From Candidatus Micrarchaeota archaeon (GTDB lineage Archaea; Micrarchaeota; Micrarchaeia; Anstonellales; Bilamarchaeaceae), in contig JAHFFJ010000003.1 of the NCBI GenBank assembly GCA_023248035.1, forward strand, positions 13,526-58,879: a stretch of 45,354 nucleotides of DNA, in the 5' to 3' direction. Under the pieces are notes generated by a model, which searched no databases, had not been told where the DNA came from, and worked only from the letters and a program-made list of their open reading frames with translations. Shown here in pieces: positions 7,711 through 17,700 of this stretch. Positions within the stretch are counted from its first letter, which is position 1. Every line of letters begins with the position of its first letter. Both the position numbers and the translations under genes were made by a program.

Positions 7711-8370
7711 ATGAAAACAACTTATTTCGGAAATTCCTGGATAGGAATGTTCGCAAAAACCAACGATAACATAACCATGCTGCCGATTGACAGTATGGAA
7801 AAATTCGAGAATGCCATAAGAGACGGGCTAAAAACAGAACCATTAAAGGTGAGCATAGCAGACTCAAACCTTCTTGGAATATACGTTGCCATAAATTCTA
7901 ATGGAGTTATAGTACCAAATGTGGTAAAGGATCATGAGATCCTCGAGATCAAAAAAACAGGCCTCAACGTTTATCGCTCGAACGAGACAAATAATGCACA
8001 TGGAAATAACATGGCAGTCAACGATCATGGTGGCATCATTAATCCAGAAGTGGGTATTGCTGAACGTAAAGCCATTGGTGAAACACTAGGAATTGAAATG
8101 GTGCCCATGAGGATCGGAAACTATAGCACACTTGGAAGTGCATGCATAGCAAGCAACAGCGGCTTTCTGGTTCATTATAAGACAACAGATGATGAGATGA
8201 CCGGGGTAGAAGACGCCCTTAAGGTAAGCGGTAATCGGGGAACGATAAATACCGGAACGGGTTTTGTTGCCTATGGCGCTTTAGTAAATAAAAATGGTTA
8301 TTTAGTAGGTGAAGATACCACCGCTTTTGAGATGGGAAGGCTTGAAGAAGCTTTGGGTATGATTAAATAA
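7711..8370 (+). CDS. eif6: translation initiation factor 6 (aIF6)
   Basis: 219 aa with the pentein-repeat pattern (GNSWIGMFAKTND..., NLLGIYVAINSNG..., STLGSACIASNSG...), in the conserved position after L31e. Confidence 0.9.
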   Translation: MKTTYFGNSWIGMFAKTNDNITMLPIDSMEKFENAIRDGLKTEPLKVSIADSNLLGIYVAINSNGVIVPNVVKDHEILEIKKTGLNVYRSNETNNAHGNNMAVNDHGGIINPEVGIAERKAIGETLGIEMVPMRIGNYSTLGSACIASNSGFLVHYKTTDDEMTGVEDALKVSGNRGTINTGTGFVAYGALVNKNGYLVGEDTTAFEMGRLEEALGMIK

Positions 8371-8382
8371 GAGGGAAACTTT

Positions 8383-8559
8383 ATGGTAAAATTTAGCATA
8401 AACGGGAAGATAACACTCGGAAAGGAAGTCAGAACATTTTCCAAAGAGCTGGAAGCAGAAAGCGAAGGTGACGCAAAACACAAAACTTATGCACTTTTTG
8501 GTTCTGTAAATGGAGTAAAAAGGAATAAAATTAAAATCGAGAAGGTTGCAAAGGTATAG
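8383..8559 (+). CDS. rplX: 50S ribosomal protein LX (L18Ae family); 58 aa, below the ORF-track cutoff
   Basis: ATG at 8383 to TAG at 8557-8559 translates to MVKFSINGKITLGKEVRTFSKELEAESEGDAKHKTYALFGSVNGVKRNKIKIEKVAKV. This resembles archaeal LX (F.KE..AE.E.DA....Y...GS...VKR..I.I) and fills the expected slot between aIF6 and prefoldin alpha. Confidence 0.65.
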   Translation: MVKFSINGKITLGKEVRTFSKELEAESEGDAKHKTYALFGSVNGVKRNKIKIEKVAKV

Positions 8560-8561
8560 AT

Positions 8562-9008
8562 ATGGCACAAGCTGACGGAATTCAAGCTCAACTAAATTAT
8601 GAAATTGCAATTTATCGTGAGCAGATAGCCATGATAAAACGCGAAACCGAAAGAGTCAGTCTTACCACCATGGACCTTACAAACGCACTCAAAACAATAG
8701 AGAATATAGGTGAGGAAAATGCCCTCATACCAATAGGCGGGGGGGCGCTGATAAAGGGAAAGGTAGCCAGTACCGATATACTAGTGCCGATAGGTGCAGA
8801 ATATCTTCTTGTGATGGATAAAGAACATGCAGGGGAAGAGATCAAAAAGAGAATAGAGGCAACAAGAAAAGCAATTGAAAGGCTTACAGAAGAATTCAAT
8901 AAGATAGCAAAAAAACTCCAGGAAGTCTCGGCTCAGATGCAACAAGTCCAAACACAAAACATGATTAATCGTCGTGTGGACGGAAACATCCGCGAAGATT
9001 ATATATAG
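8562..9008 (+). CDS. pfdA: prefoldin alpha subunit
   Basis: 148 aa: coiled coil, central beta-hairpin region (ALIPIGGGALIKGKV...ILVPIGAEYLL), coiled coil. Conserved synteny. Confidence 0.85.
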   Translation: MAQADGIQAQLNYEIAIYREQIAMIKRETERVSLTTMDLTNALKTIENIGEENALIPIGGGALIKGKVASTDILVPIGAEYLLVMDKEHAGEEIKKRIEATRKAIERLTEEFNKIAKKLQEVSAQMQQVQTQNMINRRVDGNIREDYI

Positions 9009-9032
9009 CACTCGTTTTAAGCGTGATTTAGC

Positions 9033-10409
9033 TTGTTTGATTTTCTTAAGAAGAAAATAGGCGGCCTCATAGACGGTCTTACAAAAAAAGAACCGAAGAA
9101 AGAAAGTGAAATTTTAGAGCACCACGAGCCACTGCCAAAAGTTGAGCAGGAAAAACCAAAGAAGATAGACAGAGAAATAGAAGTTGAAAAGAAAATAGAA
9201 GAGAAATTTGAGGTAGAAAAAGCTCAGGAGAAAATTGAACCAGAAAAGATTCAAAAGAAGAAAGAAACTATCGTAAAAGAAGAAAAACCCAAAGAGAAAC
9301 CAACTAAACATATTAAAGTTGAAAAACCAAAACAACAAATTCCGCCCAGAAATGAGCCTAAATCACTTGAAAATTTAGAACCATTAAAAGTAGAAAGAGA
9401 AGAGAAAACTGAACCGATTTCAGTGGAAATTGAGGAGCAAAAACCAATAGATAGAATACAGTTATCCAAGCTGCAAAAAGAAGCACCCGCAAAAAGCGAA
9501 CCTCCCAACAAGGAACGGATGAAAATTGGCATAGTAAGTGCGGTAAAAAGCATTATAACAAATGAAGTGGAAATAAAAGCGAACGAAGTAGAAGAAATGC
9601 TCGAAACTTTTGAACTTGAACTACTTGAATCAGATGTCGAATTTTCAGTTGCGGAAGGAATAAAGGAAGAACTTAGTTCAAAATTGATAGGAAAGAAAAT
9701 AAAGAGAGGTGGCTTGCATAATTTTGTAAGTGGAGCAATAAAAGAAACCATAGTGGACACCCTTAGTAATGAAAAGGCTGCAAATTTGGTTGAAAAACTT
9801 GAAGGGGCACAAGGCAAGCCACTAAAGGTTATGTTTTTTGGCATAAACGGAGCGGGAAAAACCACCACCATAGCAAAAGTCGCAAAGCTACTTATGGATA
9901 ATAAAAAAAAGGTAGTGTTTGCAGCAGCAGATACTTTTCGTGCAGCAGCAATTGAGCAAATGATGGTCCATGCAGATAGGCTTTCAGTGAAAGTGATAAA
10001 AAGAGAATACGGAAGCGACCCCACATCAGTTGCATATGATGCAGTAAGCTATGCAAGGGCACATGCAATAGATGCAGTCCTTATAGATACTGCAGGAAGA
10101 CAGGACACTAATCTTAGTTTGATAAATGAAATGAAAAAGATGGTTCGTGTGATTGAACCGGACATAAAAATATATATTGGGGAAAGTATTGCAGGAAATG
10201 CAATAATTGAACAGATTTCAACTTTTAATCGGGAAATAGGAGTGGATGGAGTTATTCTGACAAAACTCGATTGCGACCCTAAAGGCGGAACCATGCTTTC
10301 GATAAACAAAGCAACCGGGATACCCATAATTTATCTTGGTATAGGCCAGAAATACGAAGACCTTGAAAGATTTGAAGCAGTAAAGATCGCAGAACGTATT
10401 GTGGGGTAG
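9033..10409 (+). CDS. ftsY: signal recognition particle receptor FtsY with a long Lys/Glu-rich N-terminal extension (TTG start per the ORF track)
   Basis: NG domain motifs GINGAGKTTT, DTAGR, TKLD and GIGQKYEDL. The first ~170 aa are KE-rich low complexity. Confidence 0.9.
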   Translation: MFDFLKKKIGGLIDGLTKKEPKKESEILEHHEPLPKVEQEKPKKIDREIEVEKKIEEKFEVEKAQEKIEPEKIQKKKETIVKEEKPKEKPTKHIKVEKPKQQIPPRNEPKSLENLEPLKVEREEKTEPISVEIEEQKPIDRIQLSKLQKEAPAKSEPPNKERMKIGIVSAVKSIITNEVEIKANEVEEMLETFELELLESDVEFSVAEGIKEELSSKLIGKKIKRGGLHNFVSGAIKETIVDTLSNEKAANLVEKLEGAQGKPLKVMFFGINGAGKTTTIAKVAKLLMDNKKKVVFAAADTFRAAAIEQMMVHADRLSVKVIKREYGSDPTSVAYDAVSYARAHAIDAVLIDTAGRQDTNLSLINEMKKMVRVIEPDIKIYIGESIAGNAIIEQISTFNREIGVDGVILTKLDCDPKGGTMLSINKATGIPIIYLGIGQKYEDLERFEAVKIAERIVG

Positions 10410-10410
10410 T

Positions 10411-10737
10411 TTAAGATATTAGTGGACTGCGATAGACAGGAAAGAGTAAATTTGCAACTTCATTTTTCTCTGGGGAGTTAAACTGAATAAGATATTCGTT
10501 ATCTGTTTCTTTTTTTATTTCGCACAATAATTGTTTTATTTCGGCTTTTGAAACTGTCCTGTTAAATATTTTTGATATTTGTTCACTTGCACTTAATATT
10601 TCAAATCCGACTACAGTCCCATTATTAGTAATGTCAACGAGAATATGTTCGGTTAGTTCAAGTGTTCTATGAATTTTATTGGAGCCAAGATCAAGCGTTA
10701 TTGCATCACATTCGGCATCATAATCTATAATTTTCAT
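10411..10737 (-). CDS. DUF2283-family small protein (putative antitoxin partner of DUF4258)
   Basis: N-terminal IDYDAECDAITLDLG...HILVDITNNGTVVGFEIL fits the DUF2283 pattern. It lies directly downstream of a DUF4258-like gene. Confidence 0.6.
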   Translation of the reverse strand: MKIIDYDAECDAITLDLGSNKIHRTLELTEHILVDITNNGTVVGFEILSASEQISKIFNRTVSKAEIKQLLCEIKKETDNEYLIQFNSPEKNEVANLLFPVYRSPLIS

Positions 10738-10765
10738 TGTATTATATCACCATTTCTACCTTATA

Positions 10766-11137
10766 TTACTTTCTTTTAGTTCTTCGAACTGTTGATTTCT
10801 CATAGTCATACATTTTTTGCTGTAGCTTTTTACTGGTTTTATATGTACTAATCAGACGGGTTTGACTATTTAGCACAAGAATATAAACCATAAATCCCCC
10901 ACCCGAAGCTTGATAGTAAGCTTTGAATTTTCTTTCTTTGGGATTTTCTGACTCGCACTCGACAACTCTATATGGTTTTTCACTTAGATCTCTTTCGAAT
11001 ACCGGAATCATACCTTCTTTATCTAGGATGATATTCCTTTTTCTAGCCTGAGCAATAGCATGATTAGTGTAAACGATAGTACGCTTTTTTGCATGAACAA
11101 GCTTTCTAAAGATCTCACAATCAAGTATTTGTTCCAA
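10766..11137 (-). CDS. DUF4258-family protein (putative toxin)
   Basis: IVYTNHAIAQARKRNI near the N terminus is the DUF4258 H-x(3)-R-x(2)-R-x-I style motif. The gene is paired with DUF2283. Confidence 0.55.
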   Translation of the reverse strand: MEQILDCEIFRKLVHAKKRTIVYTNHAIAQARKRNIILDKEGMIPVFERDLSEKPYRVVECESENPKERKFKAYYQASGGGFMVYILVLNSQTRLISTYKTSKKLQQKMYDYEKSTVRRTKRK

Positions 11138-11167
11138 AGAATCCCCTTAGAACAATCTTCTTAGATG

Positions 11168-11176
11168 TTTAAATTA
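11168..11176 (+). promoter_or_regulatory. TATA-like box upstream of the giant-protein operon
   Basis: tttaaatta is centred ~28 nt upstream of the ATG at 11200, a spacing compatible with a leaderless archaeal transcript. Confidence 0.3.
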
Positions 11177-11193
11177 CTAATTTTTGTTAGTAG

Positions 11194-14100
11194 TTGCACA
11201 TGAACTTGGATAGAACACGAAAAACCATAAATAGTTACTTTTATAAAGAGTTTCTGCCATATTTTATCACTACATTTCTGAGAGATGATATTATGGCAGG
11301 TTTACCAACTAGGACACGAGAGAACATAAGAGCAGACAGAGAGGCACTTGGAAGAAGAGCATTGGTACCTTGGAGCGGCGCAAGAAAAATGGCAAAAGCT
11401 CTTGCAGTAGAAGAAGCGAATCTTGAAAGATTAGAAGGTGTGCGTAGTGAAGAAATTGTTAGAAAAGAAGTACGTGAAGGAACTATAAACAGATCACCAG
11501 AAGCAACAGCAGTTGCTGGTGGATTTGTAGTAGAATTTACTAATGCACTCCAGAGAGAATTAACAAGCGGACAGGAACGAACTCAAACGGGTCTTGATGG
11601 GGATGCAAGCATAAGAAGAGTGCTTTGTAATGGTACTTTCGTCGCCGGAATATTAAATACAATTAGAAAAACACCGCTTGAGGAGAAGGATAGTCAATAC
11701 GCAAATGCAATGACAAGAGTGCGGCAGAACCTGGGAGCAAAACTTGCTGCAGGATCTAACCCAGCACATACAATACCTGCTCTTAACGCCCAAGAATGGG
11801 ATATTATTTACGTTACAGCATCCGAACTCCAGCAACGGAATGAAGTTAATGCAATTGATGAGATCATTACATTTGCTGAGCAGGTAGGATTACGGAGATA
11901 TGCGGCCGACAGCAACAAAAATCCAGGAGAATTTGTAGCTTCTGTACTTGCCGATCTTGCAACAAAAGTAACAATAAGCGATGACTCCCCAGCAGGAACA
12001 CGTTCAAAATTGATAGATGATAGCCCGATAAAAAGTTATCTTGATAATAAAGCCAACGCAGCAATAGAAGATGCAGTTGGTGAACTAAAACAAATTACAA
12101 GAATCATTAGATTGGATTCCGGTCAACTTGGTTCTGTGGTAGATAGTTTCCGTGCGGGATTGACTGAAGGTCTTGATTCAACTGCACTAAAGCAGCGTGT
12201 GGTAGAATTAGTAGGTGCTGAAGGAGAGTTGGTAGGTAGGATAGGAGAGGCAGTAGATAATATTTTTGGGAGACTCAATAAACGCAAACCAGGAAGCCTT
12301 ACTGATGGGGAGTGGATAAAATCAATTAGTGTATGGGAAAGACGACCACAAGGAATAGCAAGTCCACCAATGCCAAATGAAGGAAAGATGGAGAGAGCCG
12401 GCAAAGCAATAGCCTATCTTGCCACAGCAGAAGCTTGGTTACGATTGGTAGCATGGCTGTGGGATAAGAGTTTCAAAACTGATTTTGAACACCTTACACA
12501 CCCAACAGATAAAATAATGACAACTGACCAGAATGGGATTGCCCGTCCGACCTGGATGCCAAGAATATTCAAATTAATTCCAAGAATGCTTACCAGATAT
12601 GTTGTGTATGGCCTTATTTTGGGTTCAGTAACAGGAACTACACTTATTGGCGGCCCTTATTATTATGCACCTGAAAGAAGCTGGGCTAAAACATGGACAT
12701 GGCTAGCCGCTCAGGAAAAAGACCGCAAAATTGTCCGAACAATAACTGACGGTTACGAGAACCCAAAAAAACTCACTAAGCGCGAAGATGACTATTACAA
12801 AAAAACATTTGGATTAGATAAAAGAACCGGTAGTGAGACTGATGATAATGGGATAAATGATAGGGTAAATTGGCTTAAGGAACATCCGGAAGTATTGACC
12901 TATCTTCAGGAACATGTAACAGGAAGAAAAATATTGGAATATAAAGAACTCCACGAAAATCCGGACACTTGCGGCGTGGTAGGAGGAGCGAAAAAGAAGG
13001 TTGCAGTTACCGCAGGCCCACAACCAAAAGTGAGCAAAAGCTGCGATAAATTGGGAGTAACTACAGTCCAGCAAGTAGAAGAATACCAGCCAGTCGATAA
13101 GGATGATAAATGGAAGCCCGGGAAAACTATTTGCTGCCTTATAGATATGGAAGTAGAACCAGTAGCAGATGGTTTAAGGCTCAATCCTCACTTTGCTGCA
13201 CAGTTTGTAGCCGAACTTAAAGAAGTTTCAGATAAAGGCACAAATGTAGATAGGGCATATCTTGAGGATGTTGATAGGCGTGCTAGCCTTGTAGAAAAAG
13301 GAATTCTCATAAGTGAATCTCAGAAAAAGATAATGGATGAATGTGGAATAAAAGAGTACAAGAATGCACAATTTGTAGCCACACAAGGAGTGTTTGAATT
13401 ACTCCGTCCACGATGTAAAAAGGGCGAAGCTGTAGTTTTCATTCCTGAAGATAAACGAGATGCCTATGTTGCAACATGGATTGCTACAGTACAAAAAGTA
13501 CAACCGGGAGTAGATCCTATAGCTTATGCAATTTCAGAGGATGTGATTAAACAAACTGATTCTGCAATTCTTAGTGCAGGAGTTAGCCAACAAATACTCG
13601 TAGATTCTTCCGCACTTTATAAACAAACCCAGATAAGGAAAAAATTCGAAGTGCTTGATTTCAAAACTCAGACCGCAGTAGATATTTTAGTTGCACAGCC
13701 GGACATTGCAGAGCTTCTTGAAAAGTTCATTAAAGATGGTGCAAGCTATAAGGTCAACCCAGCACGTTCGGATGAACTGGTTGCTGCTATTGCAAGATAT
13801 AAGTCAACGAGGAAAAACATTGGTGACTTTGATCCATTTACCGATCCGCCAGGAGTAATGGTTAAAGGTGCATTAGGAAATGGATTAGTGACTACCACCC
13901 AAACCGAAATTAAAGCGGATAAAAAACCACAAATAAAGTGGGATGATGATACAAAAAAATTCTATGAAACAAATGCATCTTTAGATGGTATTGTAGATGC
14001 GATTTTAACCATCATCCAAAAGGAAGCTGTGAGGGATGGGTCAGATTCAGAACTTATAGAAAAACTAACGAAGGAAAAATTCAACGGAAAGAAGGATGAC

Positions 14101-14322
14101 ATGGTACAATATTTCAAAGCTGCTGCAAAGGATTTCCTTACAAGCAAAGATGATGATATAGTAAAAATCCGCGATGGAAGTGGTGAAAAAGGAAGTCTTG
14201 TTGGTATGAAAATAACTGGTGAGGGTAACGATATGAAAGTAGATATTGCAGCCAGTGATGTAAAAAAAGCCAGGGACGCAATGAGGCAACGACTACATGC
14301 ATGGCTCACTGAGCAGAAGTAA
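11194..14322 (+). CDS. orphan large protein A (1042 aa) with two internal hydrophobic helices; alternative starts at ATG 11200 or ATG 11293 (MAGLPTRTRE)
   Basis: 3.1-kb ORF with normal composition and no N-terminal signal peptide. Hydrophobic segments are AIAYLATAEAWLRLVAWLW (about aa 405-424) and YVVYGLILGSVTGTTLIGGPYYY (about aa 467-490). No family recognised. Confidence 0.8.
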   Translation: MHMNLDRTRKTINSYFYKEFLPYFITTFLRDDIMAGLPTRTRENIRADREALGRRALVPWSGARKMAKALAVEEANLERLEGVRSEEIVRKEVREGTINRSPEATAVAGGFVVEFTNALQRELTSGQERTQTGLDGDASIRRVLCNGTFVAGILNTIRKTPLEEKDSQYANAMTRVRQNLGAKLAAGSNPAHTIPALNAQEWDIIYVTASELQQRNEVNAIDEIITFAEQVGLRRYAADSNKNPGEFVASVLADLATKVTISDDSPAGTRSKLIDDSPIKSYLDNKANAAIEDAVGELKQITRIIRLDSGQLGSVVDSFRAGLTEGLDSTALKQRVVELVGAEGELVGRIGEAVDNIFGRLNKRKPGSLTDGEWIKSISVWERRPQGIASPPMPNEGKMERAGKAIAYLATAEAWLRLVAWLWDKSFKTDFEHLTHPTDKIMTTDQNGIARPTWMPRIFKLIPRMLTRYVVYGLILGSVTGTTLIGGPYYYAPERSWAKTWTWLAAQEKDRKIVRTITDGYENPKKLTKREDDYYKKTFGLDKRTGSETDDNGINDRVNWLKEHPEVLTYLQEHVTGRKILEYKELHENPDTCGVVGGAKKKVAVTAGPQPKVSKSCDKLGVTTVQQVEEYQPVDKDDKWKPGKTICCLIDMEVEPVADGLRLNPHFAAQFVAELKEVSDKGTNVDRAYLEDVDRRASLVEKGILISESQKKIMDECGIKEYKNAQFVATQGVFELLRPRCKKGEAVVFIPEDKRDAYVATWIATVQKVQPGVDPIAYAISEDVIKQTDSAILSAGVSQQILVDSSALYKQTQIRKKFEVLDFKTQTAVDILVAQPDIAELLEKFIKDGASYKVNPARSDELVAAIARYKSTRKNIGDFDPFTDPPGVMVKGALGNGLVTTTQTEIKADKKPQIKWDDDTKKFYETNASLDGIVDAILTIIQKEAVRDGSDSELIEKLTKEKFNGKKDDMVQYFKAAAKDFLTSKDDDIVKIRDGSGEKGSLVGMKITGEGNDMKVDIAASDVKKARDAMRQRLHAWLTEQK

Positions 14323-14427
14323 ATTTTTTAATTTAAAAATAGATTAAGCCTTTGCGGGAACTTGGTTCCGACGAAAGCTCCCTTAGGCTTATAAAGTTGC
14401 CCAGGGAAAGGAAAGTGCGGTGCTCTT

Positions 14428-14709
14428 ATGCCCAAGAAGAAAACAACCAAGAGGATACATGATGCTAGTTCTTTAGAGCAGGAAACGCTAAAACGAGTGG
14501 AGCGAACTCTTGAAACATTGGGAAATTTTTTAGCAAAATGGAATTCTTCTAAAAAACCAGAGGCCATTTCAGGGCAAGTTAATATGATTAAAAAATTCTA
14601 CACTAGCCTGCAGAATTGGAAAAAAGAAGCAGACGAAGGAGAGAGGGAAGGGGCAACGCAACGACTGCGGGATTTTGTACTCATATGCCGCAGTTATGAG
14701 GTGAAATAA
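14428..14709 (+). CDS. small helical protein B (93 aa), translationally coupled to giant protein C
   Basis: Its stop TAA (14707-14709) abuts the ATG of the next gene (14710). A GAGGTGA Shine-Dalgarno for the downstream gene lies inside its 3' end. The sequence is charged and helical. Confidence 0.6.
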   Translation: MPKKKTTKRIHDASSLEQETLKRVERTLETLGNFLAKWNSSKKPEAISGQVNMIKKFYTSLQNWKKEADEGEREGATQRLRDFVLICRSYEVK

Positions 14710-17700
14710 ATGGCTGGCGAACTTATACGAAAAGACCAAACCGCAGAAAAACCAATAGTAATTCCACGAAGAACACCAGTTCTGGATGATACCGAAAATA
14801 AAAATCTTGAAGCTGCTATGAACAAAGCTGGAATTGCAATTTCAGATATAGTAAATCACGCTCATGTAGTAGAAAAGCGGATACCGGTGGGTTTAGAAAT
14901 AAAAAAGGAGATTGTCGAACTTAAAACAACTATTTTAGCCCTCAAAAAGGAGATCGTTCCAAATGTACCAGTGCTCGGTGAGCAATATGCAATAGACCTG
15001 GAATATATAGAAAAAATAGTAAACAGGGCAGAAAAGTCATTTACAGAAAAGAGATGGGTGGAGTGCGTTGATCTTCTTCGTCAGGCACGAAAGATGATAG
15101 GAGCAATGCCAGAAGTTTTTGGAGTCCAGAGAGAGGTTATACTTATGGGCTACCCAATAGAGATGGGTCCCGAAAAACTCGATCGCTTTCTTAATGCAAT
15201 AGCAGGTTCACTTCATGATTTTGGAACTGGCAATGAGAGGCGCGCAAAATTCATACTTGACCTCACTAGGCACTATATCAAGTACGGCGGAATTTATACT
15301 ATCAAGAATGATTTGGTTGTTGCAGAGCGCGATCGACTTGTAGATACTACGATAGCAAGGGGTTTAGCTTCACGTAAAAATGTTAGATATACCGATTATG
15401 ATGCAGCAGTTGACCGGGATGCACTTGCAGCATTCAGAAAGACTGCAGAAATTATTGCAGATCAAATCAGACAGGAAAATACCAGGATATTCCGATTGTG
15501 GAGAGCAGATATAAGTGCCATTCTTACTGAGCGTGTCGATGAGACTACCAGAAAAAGATATGAGAGTTTTGGTAAGGAACTCGATGCTATGCTAGTAAGA
15601 TTACGTACTGCACAAACCGCAGGAAAAATAACAAGTGACGAACTAAATGAGATTGCAACAAGGTACTTTACACTGAGTGGCCGTGAAACTGCAGATGAAA
15701 GGGGGGAGAGAATAGTACAATCGGCAATGATGATTGGTACACCCAAGGCACTTGATGGAACTGCGGGGTGGTTTGCGCAAAGAGCAATTGATGCAGTTGC
15801 AGAAAGGCGCTATGGAGTTGCCGAACTCGCACTTGCAATGACATTATACATAAATGCAAGTGGACAGAAAAACGCTTCTAAAGACAAATATTACAAACAA
15901 GTAACAGATGTGATTAGAAATAATACTGAACCCAATAGCAAACTTATTGCAGAACTTGAAGCACTAACCTTCTTCCATAGAGTAGAGCGTGTAAAAAAGC
16001 GTCAACCAAAAAGCCCGCAGTTAGCAAGAATGATGGAGGTGCAAAAGACAGCACTTGAATATATAGCGAAAGGAAAACCCGAGGATGGGCGAACGCTAAT
16101 TGCAATGGGACAACGGTATCTGGATATTTTTACTGCAAACGGAAAAACTTCACCTGCAATCACTATAATAGAAGGCGCACTTGATCAGGCCATAAATGGC
16201 AAAGAGACATTTTTACAGTTCAACAATGGCGTTAGCTTATACAACTTTACATTAGATACAGGCAAACTTCGAACTTTGGCCTCAGAATGGGGAGCAGGAT
16301 TATCCCATGGGCGTGAATTTGTAGAAAAAATCTGTGGAAGAGTGGAGCAACTTGCTGCAAATGGCGATACTTGGGAAGCAAGAAAAGTTATGACATACCT
16401 GTTGATGTATAGCGATGCAGTGATACGCCTGGGCGAAATTAAGGGAGGGAAGGTAGTAGGGCATAGGCCACAATTTAGCGGTAAGGGAATGGAAAGTGCA
16501 CTTGATGCAGCCGCAGCAGGACAAAAAACAGTGGGCGGTAAGAAAGTAGAAAACGCTTTCATGGATGGCTGGAATGCCAATCAGATAGAATACGTCATAA
16601 TAGAGGCCAGAAGAATAAGTGACCTTGCCCAGAAAAGGAAGGTTGGGTCGGAAACAATAATCGAGGCTATGAAAGTTGCAACGCAACGGGGAGAGCAAGC
16701 AAAGAAAGATGAAAGCCTGCTTCCAGATGCATTAAGACTTGTATCTTATGCAGGTGAGTTTTATGGCCTCTTAGAGAAAAATAAAAACGAGGGTTGGAGA
16801 TACCAGCTCATAACAAGCAGTGTTGAAGGTTATCGCAAGGGCGGAAAGGATATTCTTGATGCTATTAGAATGGAGGCACAAGCAGAAACTGATCAGGATT
16901 TGGATGCAGCAGCCAATCTTTTTGAAGTTGGAATGGCAAGAGTGGATAGTACAAAACAAACAGTAGTGATGCTACTCCATGATTTCACTCAGGTAAAACT
17001 TACATTAAATACATTAGTAAGCCAACAGAGAGACCAAACTAACCTTAAGAGGCTTGTTGCATTTGAACAGGATTACTCAGCTGATTTGATTCTTAAGAAT
17101 GATATTGCGAATAGGAGTAAAGGAACGATAAATCAGCACCTTTCTGCAATGGAAAGTGCAGCAAAAGCAGGGGATTTTGAAGGATATAAAAGAGCAAGAG
17201 CAGCACTCGAAAGAAGAGTTGAACTTGTTTCTACTCAAAGTGAAAAATACCAGCTTATGGCTGCTGTTGCAGGTCTGGAAAATGCAAAGAAGGATTTGAT
17301 TGGACTTTATCAAAAGCATTTCGGAATAGACCAGTTGAAGACAGTAATTGATCTTTCACTTATGAGTGATGATCAGCTTGCTGCGCTTGCAAACACCACC
17401 GGAAGTACCCCTGGTGAAAACCTGAGGAACAGGTTTGCAGGATTAGAACTTAGAAGACACCAGCTTATTGCAAAAATAAGAGAAAGTGGAAGAACTGAGC
17501 TCAAATTGCCAGAAGCACTCAAAAAAGAGTTCATGGCTTTGGTTACCGATTATGATAGCGAAAGAAGAGTGGCAATTGCCTATCATGAAATATCTATGCA
17601 GCTTAAGCTTAATGACAGCTACCGTGAATCAGTATTCCATAGTGACCATGCCATGCGGGCTACAGTATTACAAGAGCTTGATGAGTCAAAAAAGCATCTT

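Noticed and set aside
9251-10024. 257-aa ORF antisense to ftsY
   Set aside because: It is Ser/Phe/Ile-rich and low-complexity, which is the mirror image of the Lys/Glu-rich ftsY codons. ftsY on the opposite strand has unambiguous GTPase motifs.
11293-11301. All three giant proteins could begin with Met-Ala-Gly: MAGLPTRTRE if A starts at 11293, MAGELIRKDQ for C, and MAGSRINPED for F
   Set aside because: Three residues are too few to be significant, and the start of A is uncertain (11194, 11200 or 11293). I noted it only as something to revisit if N-terminal proteomics becomes available.
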